The notes under the pieces: model-generated
What the model was told of the DNA's origin: nothing
The model's input: only the letters and a program-made list of their open reading frames with translations
Databases searched by the model: none
From: Methanothrix harundinacea
GTDB lineage: Archaea > Halobacteriota > Methanosarcinia > Methanotrichales > Methanotrichaceae
Length of the DNA stretch: 64,000 nt
Direction of reading: 5' to 3'
Assembly: GCA_002502785.1 (NCBI GenBank)
Contig: DAQG01000046.1
Coordinates: 4,018 to 68,017, forward strand
Made by a program: the position numbers and the translations under genes
Part shown: positions 58,752 to 64,000 of the stretch, one piece after another
How the letters are laid out: the number at the start of each line of letters is the position of its first letter
How positions within the stretch are numbered: the first letter of the stretch is position 1

Positions 58752-59969
58752 TCATACGCCCAGGCCGTTTATCTCCTCGATCAGGTCCGTGAAGGCCTCG
58801 ACCTCCACCTCCATCACCTCTTCAGGCGTCATGCTGATGCTCATCTCACCGTCGACGGTTAACCGGTCTGGGCCTCTCCTCACGAGCCTTGCGACGCCGT
58901 CTCTTGAGAGCGCTTTTCTGATGTCGGAGTCGCAGGCCATCGCCCTTCCCGGCAGGATCACCGTCTCCTTCACCTCGGATAGGTCGAGGTTGATCAGGTC
59001 CTGGATGGTTATCAGGCAGCCTATGTCTTTGTTGACCGGGACGACGTTCACCTGGTCGCTGAGCTCTTCAAATATGGCCGAGAGGAGGGGGTGGGCGACG
59101 GAGCTGGTGATGAGGGTCGCCCCCTTCTGAACTGCTGGAAGTCTTGCGATCTGATCTTTGTGGTGCGCCAGGGCGAAGGGGGATTTTGTTACGGGGTCCC
59201 ATAGGGGGGTTCCAGCCACCCTGAAGGAGTACCTCTCGTTCGTCTCGGTGACGATATCTTTGAACTCCTCCACCGAATGGGGTACTACGCCGGGGATGAT
59301 CGGCTCGTTTCCGAGGATTAGGCCCTGCTCTCTCTCGTTTGCAAACCTCATCAGGATCAGGTTTTTGACCCCCATCTCTTCGAGGTCCTGGCAGGTCCGG
59401 TCGAGCTCTGGACCGTCGTTGACGCCCGGTATCAGCACGGAGGCGGCGTAGACGTCGCAGCTTTCGGCGAAGGTCCGAAGGTTTGCAAGAGCCGCCTCAG
59501 GGTGACGGTCGTTCATGTACTTTCCGCGAAGCTCGGGATCTGTGGAGAAGACGGTGAAGGAGACCTCCTTCACACCGGCATCGATCAGATCCTCGGCCTC
59601 ATTTCCCTTGGTGAATCCCTTGCCGCTGGTGTAACCGAGATGGATCGGGACGGAACCCTGGCCCACAATGCGGGCGAGGGGCAGAAGCTGGGGGTAGCAG
59701 CTGAGGTCGCCCCCGCCGCTGATGGTCACCTTGTCGGGCTTCTTGCCGAAGGCGGCCCCGGCCACCTCCATCGCCACCGTCTGCATCGGTTTGAAGCCGG
59801 GATAGCCCTCCACGATCGCCCGGCTGCAGTAGTCGCAGCCCTTCTGGAAAGGAAGACAGTGCTTGCATCCCAAAGGTTTGATCACCTTTACGCCCTTGAA
59901 GTAGCAGTAGCTGCAAAACCCCTTACAGTCGTGGCCCGGTCGACCTCCAACGTCCGCCAGTATCTCCAT
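58752..59969 (-). CDS. mmp10: Methanogenesis marker protein 10 (radical SAM McrA arginine C-methyltransferase)
   Basis: MEILADVGGRPGHDCKGFCSYCYFKGVK..KPLGCKHCLPFQKGCDYC...SGGGDLSCYP...HLGYTSGKGF...RRGPDRLTVDGEMSI is near-colinear with Methanosarcina Mmp10 as I remember it. Its position just after mcrA is typical. Confidence 0.9.
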   Translation of the reverse strand: MEILADVGGRPGHDCKGFCSYCYFKGVKVIKPLGCKHCLPFQKGCDYCSRAIVEGYPGFKPMQTVAMEVAGAAFGKKPDKVTISGGGDLSCYPQLLPLARIVGQGSVPIHLGYTSGKGFTKGNEAEDLIDAGVKEVSFTVFSTDPELRGKYMNDRHPEAALANLRTFAESCDVYAASVLIPGVNDGPELDRTCQDLEEMGVKNLILMRFANEREQGLILGNEPIIPGVVPHSVEEFKDIVTETNERYSFRVAGTPLWDPVTKSPFALAHHKDQIARLPAVQKGATLITSSVAHPLLSAIFEELSDQVNVVPVNKDIGCLITIQDLINLDLSEVKETVILPGRAMACDSDIRKALSRDGVARLVRRGPDRLTVDGEMSISMTPEEVMEVEVEAFTDLIEEINGLGV

Positions 59970-60071
59970 CCAGCAACTCTCCGGTCTACCATCGATCCTG
60001 AAGTAAAAAGCCTTTGCGGGCTGATAGGTGCCGGAAAACTATTAGTACGTTGAAGAAGCTCAAAAAAGAGT

Positions 60072-61235
60072 GTGTCTCAAAAAAGGCCTTTTCACGTGAT
60101 GATAATCCCCACTCTAGGCTGTCCATCCAGCTGCAGTTATTGCTGGAGTTCCGATGAAAAGTCCCCCGTAATGACCATCGAAACCGTAAAAGATGTGGTT
60201 GAGTGGCTTAAAAATTTCAGGGACGATCCCGTCACCTTCACCTTCCACGGCGGAGAGCCACTTCTTGCAGGCGCTGACTTTTACCGGGAGACGTTGTCTT
60301 TGCTGACGGAGGGACTCTGTCACATGAAAATTGCCTTTGCCCTCCAGACGAACCTCTGGAAGATGACCCCGGAGCTGGCCACGGTTTTGGCGGAGTACAA
60401 GATCCCCATCGGCTCAAGCTTGGACGGCCCAAAGGAGCTCAACGATCTGCAGAGGAGCGAGGGGTATTTCGATAAGATGATGGCCGGTTATGAGATCGCC
60501 AAGGCTCACGGCCTCTCCGTCCAGTTCATATGCACCTTCACCTCCTACTCTGTGGATTTCAAGGAGGATATCTTTGACTTCTTCCTTGATAATGGCCTAA
60601 CCCTGAAGCTTCATCCAGCCCTCCCCTCCTTGAAGAGCGACGACCCTGATAAGTGGGCTCTTGCTCCCGAAAAGTATGGGGAGCTCCTCGTCTATCTTTT
60701 GGACAAATATCTCGAAAATATGGATGATATCGTGATCAGGAACATCAACGACCTCTGTAGATGCGTCTTCACCAGCCGGGGGACCGTCTGCACCTACGTT
60801 GACTGCATGGAGGACACCTTTGCGGTGGGGCCCGACGGGAGCATTTACCCTTGCTACCGGTTCGTGGGGATGCCGGAGTGGGTCATGGGCAACGTCCGCG
60901 ACCATCCAAGCCAGGAGGTCCTCGCCGAATCCGAGGCCGGAAAGCGGATGCACCAGTTCAAGGAGCGGGTGGACGGTGAATGCAAGGGATGCAAGCACAT
61001 CAGATACTGTCGAGGCGGGTGTCCCTACAACGCCATAGCGCCGACGGGCGGCGAGATAAAGGGCGTCGATCCCCACTGCGTCGCCTACAAGAGGATCTTC
61101 GACGAGATCTCCGACCGGTTCAACAAGGAGATGTTCGGGTCCTTTGGCATGGGTATGACACCCCCACAACCTGTTCCTCCTGAGGGTGCAAAGCCCGGGA
61201 TAATGGCGTTAATTCAGAAGATCATATCGAGCTAG
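60072..61235 (+). CDS. Radical SAM protein with C-terminal SPASM domain (anaerobic sulfatase-maturase-like), function unknown
   Basis: CPSSCSYC (CX3CX2C) at residues ~17-24 and GGEPLL. The SPASM-type cysteines are CTYVDC...YPCYRF...CKGCKHIRYCRGGCPYN...DPHCVAYK. It is divergent from mmp10 with a ~100-nt gap. Confidence 0.8.
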   Translation: MSQKRPFHVMIIPTLGCPSSCSYCWSSDEKSPVMTIETVKDVVEWLKNFRDDPVTFTFHGGEPLLAGADFYRETLSLLTEGLCHMKIAFALQTNLWKMTPELATVLAEYKIPIGSSLDGPKELNDLQRSEGYFDKMMAGYEIAKAHGLSVQFICTFTSYSVDFKEDIFDFFLDNGLTLKLHPALPSLKSDDPDKWALAPEKYGELLVYLLDKYLENMDDIVIRNINDLCRCVFTSRGTVCTYVDCMEDTFAVGPDGSIYPCYRFVGMPEWVMGNVRDHPSQEVLAESEAGKRMHQFKERVDGECKGCKHIRYCRGGCPYNAIAPTGGEIKGVDPHCVAYKRIFDEISDRFNKEMFGSFGMGMTPPQPVPPEGAKPGIMALIQKIISS

Positions 61236-61296
61236 AAATTGCAGAGTTCGGGCTTTCTGCTCGAACCCCAATCTTTTCTACGCTGCCATATATTTT

Positions 61297-62253
61297 TCAT
61301 AGGATCGTCAGTATAGTGATGATCTCAAGGAAGTATATCGCCACCAGCATGCTCCCCTCAAACCTCGTTATTCTATTTCCCAGGACCATGAACCCCAAAA
61401 GGAGGCTGATCAAAACGACCACGGGAAGGGTGGTGGAGACGAAGGCTTCGTTCACGGCCACGTCCTGAACCAGGGAGGAGACTCCGAGGATTATCAGGGC
61501 GTTGAAGGTGTTGGCGCCCAGGACGTCTCCCATGGCGATGTCGCCCCGGCCGTTCTTGGCGGCGACGATGGCGGTGCTGATCTCAGGAAGGGAGGTTCCC
61601 ACCGCGAGAAGAATTACCGCCACCACCGCTTCGGAGAGGCCCAGGGTAGAGGAGATCGTCCTTATCGCCTCGATCATGTAGTTGGCGCCGACCGAGAGCA
61701 TAGCGATCCCGGCCAGGAATTGGGCGAGGTACCTGGGCCTGAACTTCTCGCTTCCCTTCGACTCGCTCTTTCGATGCTCTGAGATCTCGTGACGGATGAA
61801 GGAGAGGTAGATCGCGATCAGGAAGATCCCCTCTATCCAGGTAATTTTGAAGTCCAGGAAGACCACGAAGACCGCCAGCATCGAAGCCAGGAGGAATGAT
61901 AGGTCCGTCTCCAGGATCTTCCTATCGATGTATATCCCGTAGAACATCGCCGCTGCGCCCAGGGCGAGGCCGGTGTTCGCCAGGATCGACCCCAGGACGT
62001 TTCCGGCGGCTATCTCGGGCCTGCCTCCATCGACCAGCATCGCCACAAGAGAGGTCGAGAACTCCGGAAGGGCCGTGCCGAAGGCGACCACCGTCGCCCC
62101 TATAACGAACTCTGATACGCCGAGGACCTTGGCAAAGTGGACGGCACTATCGGTGATCGACTTCGCCCCGTAGTAGAGGGCGACCAGGCTTACGGCGAAT
62201 ATCAAAAACTCCAGCAATAAACCAGCCTCTAAAGCCTCCTCGTTGGTCCTCAT
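61297..62253 (-). CDS. Ca2+/cation antiporter (CaCA, YrbG-type Na+/Ca2+ exchanger)
   Basis: Two alpha-repeats (GATVVAFGTALPEFSTS and LLAVGTSLPEISTA) and ~10 TM segments. Confidence 0.85.
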   Translation of the reverse strand: MRTNEEALEAGLLLEFLIFAVSLVALYYGAKSITDSAVHFAKVLGVSEFVIGATVVAFGTALPEFSTSLVAMLVDGGRPEIAAGNVLGSILANTGLALGAAAMFYGIYIDRKILETDLSFLLASMLAVFVVFLDFKITWIEGIFLIAIYLSFIRHEISEHRKSESKGSEKFRPRYLAQFLAGIAMLSVGANYMIEAIRTISSTLGLSEAVVAVILLAVGTSLPEISTAIVAAKNGRGDIAMGDVLGANTFNALIILGVSSLVQDVAVNEAFVSTTLPVVVLISLLLGFMVLGNRITRFEGSMLVAIYFLEIITILTIL

Positions 62254-62569
62254 TAATTAATCAATCTGTCTTCGACTTGGCCGGGGCTGGCTTATATGAT
62301 GTCTGAAGGATGCGAACGCCAGCAGAAGGCGTCAGACCAGATGAGGATATACCGGGCGTGACCTCGGAAATCTGGGAAAATTCCGCCGAAACCCGGGGAA
62401 AATAAGATATACAGCCTTGAATAGGTATTTTAATGAGAAGATACAAAGGATTTCCCGATTATAGATCGACCAGGGGGTTCTCAGGGACTAAGGCGCCCTG
62501 AGGGATTTTCAGGCCGGGAGCTTTATGTGACGTCCCGGACTGGATCGGAGTAGCAAAGGGTGGTCGAGG

Positions 62570-64000
62570 TTGCACATTAAGGAGATAGAGCTCAGAAACT
62601 TCAAGTCCTTTGGCAGGAAGGTAGTGATACCTCTGCACAACGACTTCGTAGCCGTCACCGGTCCCAACGGGAGCGGTAAGTCCAACGTCGTCGACGCTCT
62701 TCTCTTCGCTCTATCCCTCTCGTCCAGCAGGGCGATGAGGGCCGAGAGGCTCCCCGACCTGATATACCGGGGCGACAACGGCAAAAACCCCGACTTCGCC
62801 CAGGTGACTGTTAAGTTCGACAACTCCAGCAGGACCGTTCCGGTGGACGAAGACGTCGTCGAGATATCGAGGAAGGTCAGGCTGACCAAAAACAAGTACC
62901 AGAGCATCTACTATTTTAACGGCAATCCCTGCACCCAAACGGAGATCCACGATCACCTATCACGGGCCGGGATCACCCCCGAGGGCTACAACGTGGTCAT
63001 GCAGGGTGACGTCACCAGGATCATCGAGATGTCGCCCCTTGAAAGAAGGAGGATCATCGACGAGATCGCTGGCGTCGCCGAGTTCGACGAGAAGAAGAAG
63101 AAGGCCCTCGAGGAGCTGGAGGTGGTGAGGGAGCGGATCGACCGGGGCGACGTGATCCTGGAGGAGGTCGAATCCCAGCTATCGAGGCTCGCTGAGGAGA
63201 GGGACAGGGCCCTCGCCTACCAGGCCCAGCGGGAGGAGAAACGCCGCCAGGAGGCCTTCCTGCTTTTGGCGAAGTTGAAAGAGGCAGAATCCGACCTCGC
63301 CGAATTGGAGAGGGAGGGGGAGGGCCTCCGAACGAGAGATGAGGAGCTTTCCGAAAGGCTGGATCGGGAGAGGGCGGAGCTGTCGGACCTCGAAGGAGAG
63401 CTGAAAGAGCTGAACTCCGAGATCACCTACAAGGGCGAGGACGAGCAGATCGAGGTCAAGCGGCGGATGGTGGAGATGAAGGGCCAGATCGAGGCCGAGG
63501 AGAACCGGATCGAGATGGCTGACGCCGAAATCGCTGAGATGGAAGCCGAGCAGAGGTCCGACTACCTGGAGACCGACCGGCTCAGCCGGGAGGCGGAGGC
63601 TCTCTCCTCGAAGATCAGAGACGGGTCCATCAGAAAAGCGAGCATCATCGCCGAAATCGAGGAGAGAGATGAGGCCCTCGGAGGCTACCGGGAGAAGATC
63701 GCCAAGGCCGATGCTCGATACGCGGAGCTGAGAGACCAGCTCTCAGCGGTTAAGATGGAGTGGGAAGAGGCCAAGTCGAAGGTGGCAGACCTTATGCGGG
63801 AAAGGGACCGCCACCTCGACGCCGCTAGAAGGAGGTCGATCGAGCGGGAGGAGGTGGCTCTTGAGATCTCCGAGGCAAAAGAGACTATGGCCGGCTTTGG
63901 TAGGGAGAAGGAGAGGATCGTTCGTGATCGGAAGGGCTTTGAGGACCGGATCTCGGCCCTTGAAGAGGAGAGGGATGACCTCGATTCCGCAAGGATATCG
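62570..64000 (+). CDS. smc: Chromosome segregation protein SMC, N-terminal part (runs off the right edge)
   Basis: Not in the ORF track because there is no stop in the window. My translation from TTG 62570 is (M)HIKEIELRNFKSFGRKVVIPLHNDFVAVTGPNGSGKSNVVDALLFAL...GYNVVMQGDVTRIIEMSPLERRRIIDEIAGVAEFDEKK, followed by a long coiled coil. Confidence 0.9.
   Translation, partial: MHIKEIELRNFKSFGRKVVIPLHNDFVAVTGPNGSGKSNVVDALLFALSLSSSRAMRAERLPDLIYRGDNGKNPDFAQVTVKFDNSSRTVPVDEDVVEISRKVRLTKNKYQSIYYFNGNPCTQTEIHDHLSRAGITPEGYNVVMQGDVTRIIEMSPLERRRIIDEIAGVAEFDEKKKKALEELEVVRERIDRGDVILEEVESQLSRLAEERDRALAYQAQREEKRRQEAFLLLAKLKEAESDLAELEREGEGLRTRDEELSERLDRERAELSDLEGELKELNSEITYKGEDEQIEVKRRMVEMKGQIEAEENRIEMADAEIAEMEAEQRSDYLETDRLSREAEALSSKIRDGSIRKASIIAEIEERDEALGGYREKIAKADARYAELRDQLSAVKMEWEEAKSKVADLMRERDRHLDAARRRSIEREEVALEISEAKETMAGFGREKERIVRDRKGFEDRISALEEERDDLDSARIS

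Noticed and set aside
1-64000. CRISPR arrays, rRNA genes, IS elements or transposases, and in-frame UAG/UGA recoding (pyrrolysine or selenocysteine).
   Set aside because: Scanning found no regularly spaced direct repeats, no rRNA-like segments and no transposase-like ORFs. No pair of same-frame ORFs is separated by a single stop. The only split gene (21142-21614) is a frameshift.

Overview
This window is a chromosomal segment of a high-GC methanogenic archaeon. The gene content points to an aceticlastic Methanosarcinales member of the Methanothrix/Methanosaeta type: an AceP-type acetate channel, Cam gamma-carbonic anhydrase and a methane-type mcr operon. I cannot verify this taxonomic call without a database search.

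From left to right the window contains:
- An acetate/CO2 module with aceP, cam and an OFA-type MFS transporter.
- Housekeeping genes: NAC, Isf-like flavoprotein, bacterial-type ddh, radA, RPA, an AtwA-like two-domain ABC ATPase and metG.
- A compositionally patchy signalling and accessory block at about 16.7-24.2 kb. It holds an AT-rich Msr-type wHTH-DUF1724 regulator fused to a receiver domain, a CHASE4-PAS-GAF histidine kinase, a frameshifted receiver gene, a NapH-like 4Fe-4S membrane protein and an ATC-hydrolase-like protein. It ends at an intron-containing tRNA-Ser.
- The large archaeal ribosomal-protein superoperon on the minus strand, running from a SPOUT methyltransferase and rpl3 through secY, DUF106, cmk and cbf5 (40133 down to 24284).
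- A mixed region: a TIR-like protein, a GNAT remnant, a TRAM protein, a thioesterase, a GNAT, a wHTH regulator with a secreted HExxH protease, a DnaJ-type zinc-finger miniprotein, a CDP-alcohol phosphatidyltransferase, an Lrp regulator with an aminotransferase, tRNA-Thr, an NcsA/TtuA-type gene, pelota, tRNA-Asn, tRNA(CAT) and topA.
- A compact mcrBDGA operon with no mcrC.
- Directly behind it, a head-to-head radical-SAM pair: mmp10 and an uncharacterised anSME-like SPASM enzyme.
- A CaCA antiporter and the 5' part of smc.

I saw no CRISPR array, rRNA, transposase or integrase. The most interesting candidates are the SPASM radical-SAM gene linked to mcr/mmp10 and the Msr-type regulator-receiver fusion with its kinase.
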